From contig CAWFXA010000003.1 of the NCBI GenBank assembly GCA_963819655.1, positions 1-64,000 on the forward strand: a stretch of 64,000 nucleotides of DNA, read 5' to 3'. A program made the translations under genes and the position numbers. The first letter of the stretch is position 1. Each line of letters opens with the position of its first letter. The DNA comes from an uncultured Chloroflexia bacterium. Lineage in GTDB: Bacteria; Chloroflexota; Limnocylindria; Limnocylindrales; CSP1-4. Below are positions 9,094-19,329 of this stretch, piece by piece. The notes beneath the pieces are model-generated. The model searched no databases, was not told where the DNA came from, and saw only the letters and a program-made list of their open reading frames with translations.

Positions 9094-10296
9094 TCAGGCG
9101 AACGCCACTCCGCGGCCGATCACGAGAGAGATCGACTCGGGCTGCGTCAGGAGGGTCGGGTCCTCGTCGGGCCGACCATCGATGACAACGACGTCGGCGC
9201 GGCAGCCGACCGCGATCCGGCCGATGTCCTCGCGCCCGATGGCGGCCGCGCCCCCCACCGTTGCGGCCCGCAGCGCGTCGCTCGCGGACAGGCCGGCGTC
9301 GATGAGCCGCAGCAGTTCCTGGGCCGACGTGCCGGGCGGCCCGCTGTCGTAGCCGAGCGCCATCGTGACGCCCGCCGATCGAGCGGACTGGACGGTGAGC
9401 AGCGCTTCGTCGAGCTGGCGCTTCGCCTGGTCGACAAGAACGGGCGCGAAGTCGTCGACGAACCGCTCGGCGAGATCGTGAAAGGTCGATAGCGTCGGGA
9501 CGAGCACGGTGCCCCGCTCGGCCATCCCGTCGAGCAGCCGCGGCTCGCGATGGAGCGAGAGCCCGTGCTCGATGGTGTCTGCGCCGGCCTCGAGCGCGAG
9601 GCGCGTGCCCTCCAGCCCCTCGGCGTGAGCGGCGACACGACGCCCCATGCGGTGGGCCTCGTCGACGATCGCCTCCATCTCCTCGAGCGTCATCTGTGGC
9701 GGTTCGGGATCCTCGAGGACGACGGAACGCGCGCCGGTCGCCATGAACTTGATGAAATCGGCGCCACGACGGAGCTGTTCCCGGACTGCCTTGCGCATGT
9801 CCCACGGGCCGTCGGCCTCGCGATACATGGTGCCGAAGATGTCGCCCCCCGGCGAGGTCGCCGACACGATCCGTCCGCACGTATGGACGCGCGGGCCCGG
9901 CACGATCCCCGTCTCGATGGCGAGCTTGAGGACCGTCGACTCGTCGTCGTAGCAGCCGACATCGCGGACCGCCGTGAAACCCGAGCGCAGGATCCGGTCA
10001 GCGGTCGCGGCCAGGATGTAGTGACCCAGGGCCGTCGGCCGTGGGGGCTCGCCATGCTGGGCCGGCGGCGGCCCGAACCCGGGACTGCGGGTCGTATCGG
10101 AGATGACGTGCGCGTGGGCATCGATCAAGCCGGGTAGCGCTGTCGCGCCGCCGAGGTCCCGTGCCCCGGGCGGCGGATCGCCGGCGACCTCATCGATCGA
10201 CGCGATCGTGTCGCCATCGATGGTGATGACCCGGCGGTCCGTCGCCTCGCCGGTCGCGGGGTCGAACAGGCGCACATTCCAGAGGACCTCGGTCAT
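9094..10296 (-). CDS. Metal-dependent amidohydrolase (Xaa-Pro dipeptidase-like)
   Basis: PGLIDAHAH, GADFIK, VAAHA, TIEHG and GYDSG motifs. Confidence 0.88.
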   Translation of the reverse strand: MTEVLWNVRLFDPATGEATDRRVITIDGDTIASIDEVAGDPPPGARDLGGATALPGLIDAHAHVISDTTRSPGFGPPPAQHGEPPRPTALGHYILAATADRILRSGFTAVRDVGCYDDESTVLKLAIETGIVPGPRVHTCGRIVSATSPGGDIFGTMYREADGPWDMRKAVREQLRRGADFIKFMATGARSVVLEDPEPPQMTLEEMEAIVDEAHRMGRRVAAHAEGLEGTRLALEAGADTIEHGLSLHREPRLLDGMAERGTVLVPTLSTFHDLAERFVDDFAPVLVDQAKRQLDEALLTVQSARSAGVTMALGYDSGPPGTSAQELLRLIDAGLSASDALRAATVGGAAAIGREDIGRIAVGCRADVVVIDGRPDEDPTLLTQPESISLVIGRGVAFA

Positions 10297-11144
10297 TCGT
10301 CGAGCTCGCCGCCGTCGAGCTCGCCGCGGATCTGGCGCAGGGTGCGCTCGAACGCGCGACGCGCGTCCTCCTTCGGATGCTCCGGGAAGGGATGGGCGTC
10401 GAGGGCCTCGTCAAGCGTCAGCTCTCCGTTCTCGACCCGATTCGCGAGCTCGACCAACGCCGTGAGCGACGTCAGCTGCGCCTCGGCGAAAGCGCGGCCG
10501 GCGTGGTCGCCGTGGCCCGGGACGACGATCCCGCTGCCCTCCGGGACCCGGACGGCGATGGCGGCAGCGGTCGCCGGCCACTCGAGCGGGTACGCATCGC
10601 CGAAGAACGGGACGTTGCCGTTCTCCAGGAGATCGCCGGCGAACACGACGTCCGTGCCCGGCACGTCGATGACGATGTCGTGGTCGGTGTGGCCGCGGCC
10701 GAGGTAGCGCAGCATCACCTCGCGCCCGCCGACCTCGATGCGAGCGTGCGTCGCGAAGACGCGGTCGGGCGGGTCGATGACGATCTCGGCGAGGTCGTCG
10801 GCGAGCAGCGGCTCCTCGGCGGCGATCGTCCGTTTTCGCGCTTCGCCGGTGCGGACCATGAAGGTCACGCAGCGCTCGTGGCCCCAGATGGTGGCCGGCC
10901 GGAAGATCCCGTTGCCGAAGACATGGTCGAAATGGCCGTGCGTGTCGACGACGACCCCGACCGGGGCGTCCGTCAGCTCGCGCAGGTCGGCCTGGATCTC
11001 GCGCGCCTGCGCGTAGGTCGAGCGGGTATCGATGACGAGAGTCTCGGCGCGCCCCAGGATCACGCCGATGTTCTGGTCGTAGAACGCATAGCGGCGCACG
11101 AATACCTTGTCGCCGATCTCGACCCATCCCGCCGACGTCGCCAT
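10293..11144 (-). CDS. MBL-fold metallo-hydrolase
   Basis: THGHFDHVFGN, GHTDHD, FAGDL and VPGHG motifs. Confidence 0.88.
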   Translation of the reverse strand: MATSAGWVEIGDKVFVRRYAFYDQNIGVILGRAETLVIDTRSTYAQAREIQADLRELTDAPVGVVVDTHGHFDHVFGNGIFRPATIWGHERCVTFMVRTGEARKRTIAAEEPLLADDLAEIVIDPPDRVFATHARIEVGGREVMLRYLGRGHTDHDIVIDVPGTDVVFAGDLLENGNVPFFGDAYPLEWPATAAAIAVRVPEGSGIVVPGHGDHAGRAFAEAQLTSLTALVELANRVENGELTLDEALDAHPFPEHPKEDARRAFERTLRQIRGELDGGELDE

Positions 11145-11166
11145 GGTGATGCATCCTAGCGGGGCG

Positions 11167-12030
11167 ATGCCCTCCGAGATCGAGCGCGCCGTCGCGGCAG
11201 ACGGCACCGAGCTGCGAACCCGCCACTGGCCGGCCGCCGAGCCATGGGCGGCGATGCTGATCGTGCATGGCCTCGGCGAGCAGTCCGGCCGCTACGAGCA
11301 CGTCGGGGAGCAGTTCGCCGCTGCCGGCATCGACGCGCACGCGTACGACCACCGCGGCACCGGCGGCAGTGGCGGACGGCGAGGCGACATCGACCGCTGG
11401 AACCGGTACCACGACGACCTCGAGGAACGGCTGGCGGCCGTCCGTGTCGCCGCCGACGGCCGTCCTGTGGTCCTCTATGCGCATTCGATGGGCGGTCTGA
11501 TCGCGGCCGGCTATCTGCTCACGGATCGCCCGCGACCGGACCTGACGGTCCTGACGGCGCCTGGTCTGGACTCGACGCTCGCCGGCTGGAAGAAGCGGCT
11601 CGCGCCGGTGGTCGGCCGGGTCGTGCCGACCTTGTCGGTGCCGAACGGCGTGCGGTCGGAGACGTTGTCGCGCGATCCGGAGGTCGGGCGACGGGTCAAG
11701 GCCGACCCGCTCAACGGCACGACCAGCACGGCCCGGTTCGGCGCGGAGGCGCTCGCTGAGCAGGCACGGGTGCGCGCCGGCGCCCGTCGCATCGGCGGCC
11801 CGACGCTCATCCTCCACGGACTCGACGACGGGCTGGTGCCGCCAGCCGCGTCCGAGGTGTTCGAGGGCGCACCCGGCGTGGAGCGGCGGACCTACCCGGG
11901 TCTGCGGCACGAGCTCCACAACGAGCCGGAGGGTCCCGCGATCCTCGACGACGTCGTCGTGTGGCTACGCCAGCATGCTAGGCTTCCGGCACAACCGAAC
12001 ACCGCCTCCGGGGAGCGCCTCGCGCGCTGA
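11167..12030 (+). CDS. Alpha/beta hydrolase (lysophospholipase-like)
   Basis: VHGLGE, DHRGTG, AHSMGG, HGLDD and RHELHNE motifs. Confidence 0.88.
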   Translation: MPSEIERAVAADGTELRTRHWPAAEPWAAMLIVHGLGEQSGRYEHVGEQFAAAGIDAHAYDHRGTGGSGGRRGDIDRWNRYHDDLEERLAAVRVAADGRPVVLYAHSMGGLIAAGYLLTDRPRPDLTVLTAPGLDSTLAGWKKRLAPVVGRVVPTLSVPNGVRSETLSRDPEVGRRVKADPLNGTTSTARFGAEALAEQARVRAGARRIGGPTLILHGLDDGLVPPAASEVFEGAPGVERRTYPGLRHELHNEPEGPAILDDVVVWLRQHARLPAQPNTASGERLAR

Positions 12031-12095
12031 GAGTGTGGCGAAACGCCACAGACCCGCCGAACCTGATCCGGCTCGTACCGGCGAAGGAAGCAGGC
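12004..12095 (+). ncRNA. TPP riboswitch
   Basis: GGGGAGC...GCTGAGAG...AGACCC..GAACCTGATCCGG.TCGTACCGGCGAAGGAAG, upstream of a ykoE-like gene. Confidence 0.93.
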
Positions 12096-12173
12096 CAGCA
12101 TCGATCACACGACGCCGTCCCGGAGACCGGTGACGGCGCTTCTCGTGGACTCGACCTTGGAGGTTCGGACATC

Positions 12174-12806
12174 ATGACCAGCACCACCGCGCCGGACGCC
12201 GCCGCCCCGGACGCCACCGGGGCGGACGCCGCCGCGCCCACCCCCTACTCGGAGGCGCCCTGGCGCACGCGCGACGTCGTCGTGACGGCCGTGATCGGCG
12301 TCGCGTTCGGAATCGTTTTCTGGGTGTGGGGTCTGATCTGGTACGGCCCGCTCGAGGTCCTGAGCGCATTCGCGCTGCCCATCCGCGACCTCGGGTACGC
12401 GGTCTGGCTCGTCCCCGCGGTGCTTGCCCCGCTTGTCGTCCGGAAACGGGGCGCGGCGCTGTTCGCCGAGCTCGTAGCCGCGGGGGTCAGCGTGCTCCTG
12501 GGCAGTCCATGGAGCGTCGACGCACTGTTCTCGGCGCTCGTCCAGGGCGGCGCAGCGGAGATCGTCTTCGCCTTCACGTTGTACCGGGTCTGGTCCTTCC
12601 CGGTGCTCGCCACGGCTGCGGTCGCGAGTGCGGCAGCCGCGTGGATCCACGACTGGGCCCTCTACTACACGACCGTCGATCCCATCGTCCAGATCGTGCG
12701 CGGTGTGTTCATGGGGATCTCGGCCGTGGTCATCGTCGCGGGTGGCTCCGTGGCCCTCCACCGCGCGCTGAAGCAGGCCGGCGTGCTCGAAGGGTTCCCG
12801 GACTGA
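12174..12806 (+). CDS. ykoE: ECF transporter S component (thiamine/HMP)
   Basis: WRTRDVVV...RKRGAALFAELVAA...QGGAAE; GGAGG RBS; downstream of a TPP riboswitch. Confidence 0.85.
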   Translation: MTSTTAPDAAAPDATGADAAAPTPYSEAPWRTRDVVVTAVIGVAFGIVFWVWGLIWYGPLEVLSAFALPIRDLGYAVWLVPAVLAPLVVRKRGAALFAELVAAGVSVLLGSPWSVDALFSALVQGGAAEIVFAFTLYRVWSFPVLATAAVASAAAAWIHDWALYYTTVDPIVQIVRGVFMGISAVVIVAGGSVALHRALKQAGVLEGFPD

Positions 12807-14254
12807 CACCTGTCTCGCTCCGCGCGAAAGCCCTCGGAATCACGTACGACGGCGCCGATCGACCGGCTCTCAACGCGATCGACCTCGACCTCGATCCCGG
12901 CGCGGTCCTGCTCGTCGTCGGACCGTCCGGATCCGGCAAGAGCACACTCGCGCTGACGATCGCCGGTCTGATCCCGGGCGAGATCCCGGCCGAGATGACC
13001 GGCTCGTTCGAGCTGGACGGACAGGACATCCGCGCTCTCGGCCCGGTCGGCGCCGCGGAGCGAGTGGGCCTTGTCCTCCAGGACCCGTCCGCGCAGCTCG
13101 TGATGGAGCGGGTCGAAGACGACGTCGCTTTCGGGCTGGAGAATCGTGCCTGGCCGCTGACGGATATGCGAGCGCGGGTCCCCGAGATCCTCGCAACGGT
13201 CGGCCTGGGCGGTATGGAGCGCCGCCGGTCGCGTCGGCTATCCGGTGGCCAGCAGCAGCGGCTGGCCCTCGCCGGTGCGCTCGCTCCCCGGCCGGGGCTT
13301 CTCGTGCTCGACGAGCCGACCGCCAACCTCGACGCGGATGGAAGTACACAGCTCATAACGGCACTCACGGCACTGCGCGAAGAGCGTTCCGCGACCGTCG
13401 TGCTCATCGAACATCAGGTCGACCTCGCCTGGCCCCTCACCGACATCGTCCTCGCCCTCGACAGGGACGGGACGGCCATCGATGTCGGTGCCCCACAGGA
13501 CGTGTTGACGCGGTCCGCCGATCGGATGCGCGCGGCGGGGATCTGGTTGCCCGCTGAAGTCTCGTCCAGGCCGCGCAACAGGTCGTCGCGACCCGGTCCC
13601 GTGCTCGTCCGAGCCCGCGGCGTTCGGTTCGGCTATGACCGCACCGAGCCGGTCGTCCGCGATGTGACGCTCGATGCGTCGGCAGGGGAGAGGATCGCCA
13701 TCGTCGGCCCCAACGGGAGCGGGAAGTCGACGCTCGGGCGGCTGCTGGTCGGCCTGCTCCGGCCCGACCATGGCACGGTCGAGCTGGCGGGCGACCAACC
13801 ATCGCAAATGCCGCCCGCGACGCTTGCTCGACATGCCGGCTACGTTTTCCAGGAACCGGAGCGGCAGTTCCTGGCACAGACGGTGGCGACGGAAGTCCGT
13901 CTCGGCCTCACGGAAGAGGAGCTTGGCCGGGTCGAGGCTCTGATGGCACGCCTCGGCCTGCCGCTCGATCGGTTCGGCGCTCGCAGCCCGTACCGGCTCT
14001 CCGGTGGCGAGCAGCGACGCCTGTCCCTCGCCTGCATCCTGATCCGGCGGCCGGAGGTGCTCATTCTCGACGAACCCACATTCGGCCAGGACCGTCTCGG
14101 CTACGAGGGCCTGCTCGGCATCATCCGCGAGCACCTCGACCAGGGAGCGTGCCTGCTTGCCGCGACGCACGACCGGCGGTTCGTGCGGGACGTCGCACGG
14201 CGGACCATCGAGATGGACGATGGGTGGATCGTCCGCGACGAGGCCGTCGCGTGA
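12803..14254 (+). CDS. ykoD: ECF transporter duplicated ATPase
   Basis: Two ABC cassettes (GPSGSGKS/LSGGQQQR/LDEPT and GPNGSGKS/LSGGEQRR/LDEPT). Start is uncertain, possibly CTG. Confidence 0.88.
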   Translation: MTPVSLRAKALGITYDGADRPALNAIDLDLDPGAVLLVVGPSGSGKSTLALTIAGLIPGEIPAEMTGSFELDGQDIRALGPVGAAERVGLVLQDPSAQLVMERVEDDVAFGLENRAWPLTDMRARVPEILATVGLGGMERRRSRRLSGGQQQRLALAGALAPRPGLLVLDEPTANLDADGSTQLITALTALREERSATVVLIEHQVDLAWPLTDIVLALDRDGTAIDVGAPQDVLTRSADRMRAAGIWLPAEVSSRPRNRSSRPGPVLVRARGVRFGYDRTEPVVRDVTLDASAGERIAIVGPNGSGKSTLGRLLVGLLRPDHGTVELAGDQPSQMPPATLARHAGYVFQEPERQFLAQTVATEVRLGLTEEELGRVEALMARLGLPLDRFGARSPYRLSGGEQRRLSLACILIRRPEVLILDEPTFGQDRLGYEGLLGIIREHLDQGACLLAATHDRRFVRDVARRTIEMDDGWIVRDEAVA

Positions 14255-15015
14255 TCGCCGGCCGGCTCGAGGTCGGTGACACCCAGCTCGACAGCTGGCT
14301 TGGCCGGACGAGCCCGGTGGTGAAGCTTGCCGTCGCGCTCGTGTGGCTGCTCGGCCTCGCGTTCACGCTCCACCCGATCCCGCCGGTCGTCCTCGCCGGC
14401 ATCGCTCTGGCTGCGGGGTTGACGCTCGGAGGGATCGCGCCGGTGAACCTCGGCAGGACGCTTGCTCCGGTGTGGCTTGCAGCCGCCGCGATCGGCGTCT
14501 CGAACGCGCTGTTCTCGGCGGCCAACGGCGACCCGACCACGACGACGCTCGCGACGATCGGCCCCGTCCGGATCGCGAGCGAGGCGGTCGCCAACGGGAT
14601 CTCGATCGGGCTTCGGATCGCGGCGATCGCGTGCGTCGGGGCGGTGTTCACGCTGACCACCGACTCCACCCGTTTGGCCGACTCGCTCGTCCAGCAGGCG
14701 CGCATCCCGGCACGGTTCGCGTATGGGGCGCTGGCCGCCTACCAGTCGATCCCGCGCTTCGCCGAGGACCTGGCCACCCTCCGCCAGGCGCGCCGCATCC
14801 GCGGGTTGCGCGGCAGCTGGCATCCGCGGCTGTTCGTCGGACTGCTCGTGCTCGCGATCCGCCACGCCGATCGCATGGCGGTCTCGATGGATGCCCGTGC
14901 GTTCGGGGCGGGCCCTCGGACCCACTATCGCGTCCTGCGCTGGACGTGGCTGGACGCTGCCGTCGGCGTATGGGCCGTCGTCGTCCTCGTCGTCGCGCTG
15001 TCGTTGGGACGGTAG
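14251..15015 (+). CDS. ykoC: ECF transporter T component
   Basis: Hydrophobic; ARRIRG and MDARAF motifs; GTGA overlap with the ATPase gene. Confidence 0.85.
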   Translation: MIAGRLEVGDTQLDSWLGRTSPVVKLAVALVWLLGLAFTLHPIPPVVLAGIALAAGLTLGGIAPVNLGRTLAPVWLAAAAIGVSNALFSAANGDPTTTTLATIGPVRIASEAVANGISIGLRIAAIACVGAVFTLTTDSTRLADSLVQQARIPARFAYGALAAYQSIPRFAEDLATLRQARRIRGLRGSWHPRLFVGLLVLAIRHADRMAVSMDARAFGAGPRTHYRVLRWTWLDAAVGVWAVVVLVVALSLGR

Positions 15016-15044
15016 ATTCCGCGGAACCGCATGAAGGGGCTCAC

Positions 15045-16359
15045 GTGACCGACGCGCGCACGATCGTCTTCTTTCCCGAGGGCGCCTACGGCCCGACGAA
15101 CAACTGCGTCGGGATCGGGCAAGTGTTGCTGGCGCGCGGCCACCGCGTCGTGTTCATCGTCGAGGAATCGTTCGCCGGCACGCTCGAGATGAAAGGGTTC
15201 GAGGAGCGGCTCATGCGGCTCGGACCACCGCCCGCCGAGCCCGAGGTCCCCGGCCAGTTCTGGATCGACTTCATCCGCGATACGGCACCGGTGTTCCGGA
15301 AGTCGACCCTCGAGCAGCTCGGGGAGTTCATCGCGCCGACGTGGCAGGCGCTGATCGACGGCTCCAAGTACGTCAACCCGCGCTTGGCCGAGATCTTCGA
15401 CGAACTCGCGCCGGACGTGATCGTCGAGGACAACGTGGTCGCGTTCCCGGCCATCAACGCCAGCGGCCGCCCGTGGGTGCGGATCGTGTCGTGCAACCCG
15501 ATGGAGCTGAAGGATCCGCTCATCGCGCCGTTCAGCAGCGGCTACCCGGTCGACGATCGGAGTGGCTGGCCGGCGTTCCTCGACGAGGTGCGGCGCACCC
15601 ACGCCGACATGTGGTGGGACTTCGACGCGTTCTGCCGGGAGAACGGCGAGCCGGGTCTCGTGTACGGCGACCTCGGGCCGGAGTTCATCGCCGAGTCCCC
15701 GTTCCTGAACGTCTACTCCTACCCGGCCGAGGCCGACTACGAGCGCACGCGACCGCTCGGGTCCGACGTGGCATCGCCTCGATTCCACGGTCCGGGCGTC
15801 GGAGGCGACCTGGGAGCTGCCGCCGGAGCTGGCCGAGCGTGAGGGGGCGCTGATCTACCTCTCCCTGGGGTCGCTCGGGTCGGCCGACGTCGAGCTGATG
15901 CAGCGGCTGGTCGACGTGCTCGCACGGACCAAGCACCGCGTCATCGTGTCGAAGGGGCCACTCGCCGACCAGATCAGGCTGCACGACAATCAGGCGGGGG
16001 AGGCGTTCCTGCCGCAGCCGGCGATCCTGCCGATGGTCGATCTCGTCATCACGCACGGTGGCAACAACACGGTCACCGAGGCCTTCCACCACGGCAAGCC
16101 GATGATCGTCCTGCCGCTCTTCTGGGATCAGGTCGACAACGCCCAACGCGTCCACGAGACGGGCTTCGGCCGAAGGCTCTCGACGTACGGCTTCAAACCC
16201 AGGGAGCTGACGAGCGCGATCGACCGGCTGCTGAAGGATCGACAGTTGTCCGAGCGCCTGGCGGCCATGTCGTCGCGCATCAAGTCGACGTCCGGAACGG
16301 TCCGAGCCGCCGATCTCATCGAGCGGGTCGGCCTCGACGGCTCGCCGGCAGCGTACTGA
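15045..16359 (+). CDS. GT1 / MGT-family glycosyltransferase, frameshift near 15760
   Basis: N-half has FFPEGAYGPTNNC; C-half has IYLSLGSLG, FLPQ, ITHGGNNT and PLFWDQ in another frame. Confidence 0.85.
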
Positions 16360-16364
16360 CGGCG

Positions 16365-16910
16365 ATGCTTCACGGTCAGCAGATCACCCTCCGTCCGATC
16401 CGTGCCGCTGACCTCGACGAGCTCTATGGCCACCATATCGAGATCGCGAACCGCGGCGATTTCTTTCCCATCGGCGTCATGTCCGAGTCGAAGTTCAAGA
16501 AGGAATTCGAGGGGAGCGGGTTCTGGGACAAGGACGAGGGCATGCTCGTCATGCTGGATGCCAATGACCGGATCGTGGGCCACATCGAGTTCTTTCGGGC
16601 CGTGCCGTACTGGGACGCCTACGAGCTGTCGTACCAGCTGTACGACCGGGGCGACGCCGGGCGCGGCTACACCACGGAGGCAGTCCAGCTTCTCGTCGAT
16701 TACCTGTTCGACACGAGGCCGCGCCACAGGATCCATCTCGTCGTCCTGCCAGACAATGCCGCCTCGCGGCGGATCGCCCAGAAATGCGGCTTCACGCTCG
16801 AAGGGACGATCCGGGAGCCGTTCTATCACCGCGGCCGCAACGTCGACGTACTGATGTACTCGCTGCTGCGTACTGACGCGCGGCCCTGGCGGGACGGGTC
16901 GCGGTCCTGA
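16365..16910 (+). CDS. RimJ/RimL-type GNAT acetyltransferase
   Basis: GRGYTTEAV and NAASRRIAQKCGFTLEG motifs. Confidence 0.88.
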   Translation: MLHGQQITLRPIRAADLDELYGHHIEIANRGDFFPIGVMSESKFKKEFEGSGFWDKDEGMLVMLDANDRIVGHIEFFRAVPYWDAYELSYQLYDRGDAGRGYTTEAVQLLVDYLFDTRPRHRIHLVVLPDNAASRRIAQKCGFTLEGTIREPFYHRGRNVDVLMYSLLRTDARPWRDGSRS

Positions 16911-18256
16911 GGAGTCGCTCGCTCGCTGCTCGTGGGCGCCTGCATGGCGGCCAACCCCGATCCAATGAGGACCCAGAACACCAGTGACGTGCTGGTTTCG
17001 GGTGTCATGAAGAACGTCGACACCGTGTGGACCGCGAGCACGCCCAGGACGGTCCGCGCGATCCAGTCCGAGCCAGCTGGAGCGCGACGCAGACGCCTCA
17101 CGCAGGTCGCTGCGACCGTGGCAAGGAACGCGAGGTAGGCGACGAGGGCCGGGATCCCCGACCCGGCGGCGATCCCGATGAACTCGTTGTGCGGGCTCTC
17201 GATCCGGAAACGGCGGATGAACGTGGCTCGATCCTCCGTCAGCACCCCGTCGAGATACGCATCGAACACGAGCGGAAAGGTCTCCGGACCCGCGCCGAGG
17301 AACGGGCGATCGAGCGCGATCGCGGCGCCGACACGCCACAGATCGACATGCATCCGTACCGAGCCGTCCTCCGCGCCCAAGGTACCGATCACTCGGTCGG
17401 CGACCCGCTCGACCGGCTCTCTGAAGACCGGGATCGCTAGGAGACCGACAGCAACGACGCCCGTCGCCATCACGGCGGCGGCGAGGCGTCGTCGCGTCAT
17501 CCTGGCCGTGCTCCAGCGCGTCACCACGGCCATCGCAACGATCCCGCCGATCAGGGCCAGATAGCCGCCCCGACTGAGGGTCAGGCCGAGAGCGATCACC
17601 GAGACCGCGAGAACGGCACAGATCGCCGCGCGCATCCTCGGTCCTCCTCGGGGCCACAGCCCGATGCCGATGACGATCACAAGGTCGAGGTACGCCGCGA
17701 CGTTGTTGGCCTGCCCCACGCTCGAGATCGGCCGATCGTCGGGAGGGCCTGACCAGAACGGATCGAAACTGAAGTGTTGGGCGATCGCATACACGGCCAC
17801 CACGCCGCCGACGACCAGGTGCCCGGACATGAGCGCCCGCAGGCGCTCCGGCGTGCCCAGGGCCAGGCCGGCCAGGAAGAAGGCAGCGACGTAGAGGAGC
17901 ACCGTGAGGAGCCCCTGGTACTGGAACGGCTCACCGGTGACGCTCTGACCGACGTCCGTCGAGGCGAGCGTTGACAACCCGGTCAGGACGACGAAGACGA
18001 TGAGGGCGAGGTCCATCCACGGCCGGGAGCGACGCGTGAGCGGTCCACCAACGCCGAGATAGGCCAGGAAGATGACCGAGCCGAGCACGCCTGCGATCCA
18101 CAGGAGCACCGTTTTCGGCAGGGCGTAGCCGTCATCCAGCCCGGGAACGAAGACGAGAGGCAGGACCAGGCTGGTGCCGAGCACGAGCGCGGCCAGGCAT
18201 CGGTCCAACACGCGCCGGATCGCGTCCCACCGCTCCGCCGAGACGGCCCTCGTCAA
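16826..18256 (-). CDS. O-antigen ligase / O-oligosaccharyltransferase-like membrane protein
   Basis: Many TM segments; SSVGQAN, LTLSRGG, PFLGAGPETF and SPHNEFI motifs. Confidence 0.85.
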   Translation of the reverse strand: MTRAVSAERWDAIRRVLDRCLAALVLGTSLVLPLVFVPGLDDGYALPKTVLLWIAGVLGSVIFLAYLGVGGPLTRRSRPWMDLALIVFVVLTGLSTLASTDVGQSVTGEPFQYQGLLTVLLYVAAFFLAGLALGTPERLRALMSGHLVVGGVVAVYAIAQHFSFDPFWSGPPDDRPISSVGQANNVAAYLDLVIVIGIGLWPRGGPRMRAAICAVLAVSVIALGLTLSRGGYLALIGGIVAMAVVTRWSTARMTRRRLAAAVMATGVVAVGLLAIPVFREPVERVADRVIGTLGAEDGSVRMHVDLWRVGAAIALDRPFLGAGPETFPLVFDAYLDGVLTEDRATFIRRFRIESPHNEFIGIAAGSGIPALVAYLAFLATVAATCVRRLRRAPAGSDWIARTVLGVLAVHTVSTFFMTPETSTSLVFWVLIGSGLAAMQAPTSSERATPQDRDPSRQGRASVRSSEYISTSTLRPR

Positions 18257-18301
18257 GACGGAGCGGTTCGTCTGCCGCGCGACCCGTTCAGCCGCCGAGG
18301 C

Positions 18302-18778
18302 TCAGCGCTTCGAGGTCGGACTCGGCTTGTTGCCACCTGCTTGCCCCGTCGGAGTCGGCTTACCGCCGCCGTGCCCTGGAGGGCTCGCATTGCCGCCACC
18401 GTGGCCAGGCTTACTGACAGGGCAGCCGCCGCCGCCATGGCCCGGATTGCTGGCGTGACCAGGCTTGCTCGCATGGCCGCCACCACCGCCGTGCCCCGGG
18501 TTGCTGGCGTGGCCGGGCTTGCTCGCGTGGCCGCCACCGCCACCACCGTGGCCTGGGTTGCTGGCGTGCCCGGGTTGGCTGGCGTGACCACCGCCGTGCC
18601 CTGGATTGCTGGCACCACCTCCACCGCCTCCACCGCAGTTGACGGTGTCCTGCGTGGTGACCTTCGAGGCGAAGACCGCTGACACGGACAGCGTCGACAG
18701 GGTCAAAACGACGACGGCAACGATGGCCGTGGCGAGACGGGCTCCGCCCTGTGAGCGGGCTCGAATCGGATCTCTCAT
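18302..18778 (-). CDS. Secreted Gly/His/Pro-rich repeat protein
   Basis: Signal peptide ending VFA, then nine [AV]SxPGH units; GAAGGG RBS; co-oriented upstream of the ligase gene. Confidence 0.75.
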   Translation of the reverse strand: MRDPIRARSQGGARLATAIVAVVVLTLSTLSVSAVFASKVTTQDTVNCGGGGGGGASNPGHGGGHASQPGHASNPGHGGGGGGHASKPGHASNPGHGGGGGHASKPGHASNPGHGGGGCPVSKPGHGGGNASPPGHGGGKPTPTGQAGGNKPSPTSKR

Positions 18779-19023
18779 GAGCGTCCCCTTCCCACCGGCC
18801 CGGCCACGCATCAGGCGCCGGCCTCACGCGTCCGATCGAACCCCCACAGTAACGACGGGGGAGCGCGTGCTACATGAAAGAACGTCCCAGCTCCCGATGT
18901 GTTACTCGATGCCCCATCCGCGCGCAACGGCCCTGCAAGGACCTCACGCGGCTCGGCGGACCGTCGGTGATCCATGACGTGGGACGCTCGACCCCGGATC
19001 AACCCCAGCCGTGAGGTACGACC

Positions 19024-19329
19024 ATGGCCACCCTCGACACCAAGGATCGCGACAAGCTGCGATCCAACCAGTTCGCCTACATCGACAGCGACGGCGGCGA
19101 ACATCTGCCGATCAACGACGAGTCCCATGTGCGGAACGCGATCGCGCGGTTCAACCAGACCGAGTTCGAGAGCAAGGCAGCCAAGGAGCGCGCACGCAAG
19201 AAGGTCTTGAGCGCCGCCAAGCGCTACGGCATCGACGTCGACAAGGACTCGACCGTCGCCAAGCCGACGCGCTCTCTTCGAGCGATCTCGACGAAGGCGG
19301 GCCCCCGAGGCGGTCGCAAGAAGGACTGA
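19024..19329 (+). CDS. Small conserved basic protein (DUF6582-like)
   Basis: LRSNQFAY...LPINDESHVRNAIARFNQT...AAKRYGI; GAGG RBS. Confidence 0.7.
   Translation: MATLDTKDRDKLRSNQFAYIDSDGGEHLPINDESHVRNAIARFNQTEFESKAAKERARKKVLSAAKRYGIDVDKDSTVAKPTRSLRAISTKAGPRGGRKKD

Noticed and set aside
18360-18630. Repeat array as a CRISPR
   Set aside because: Repeats are codon-phased with no unique spacers, and no cas genes are present.
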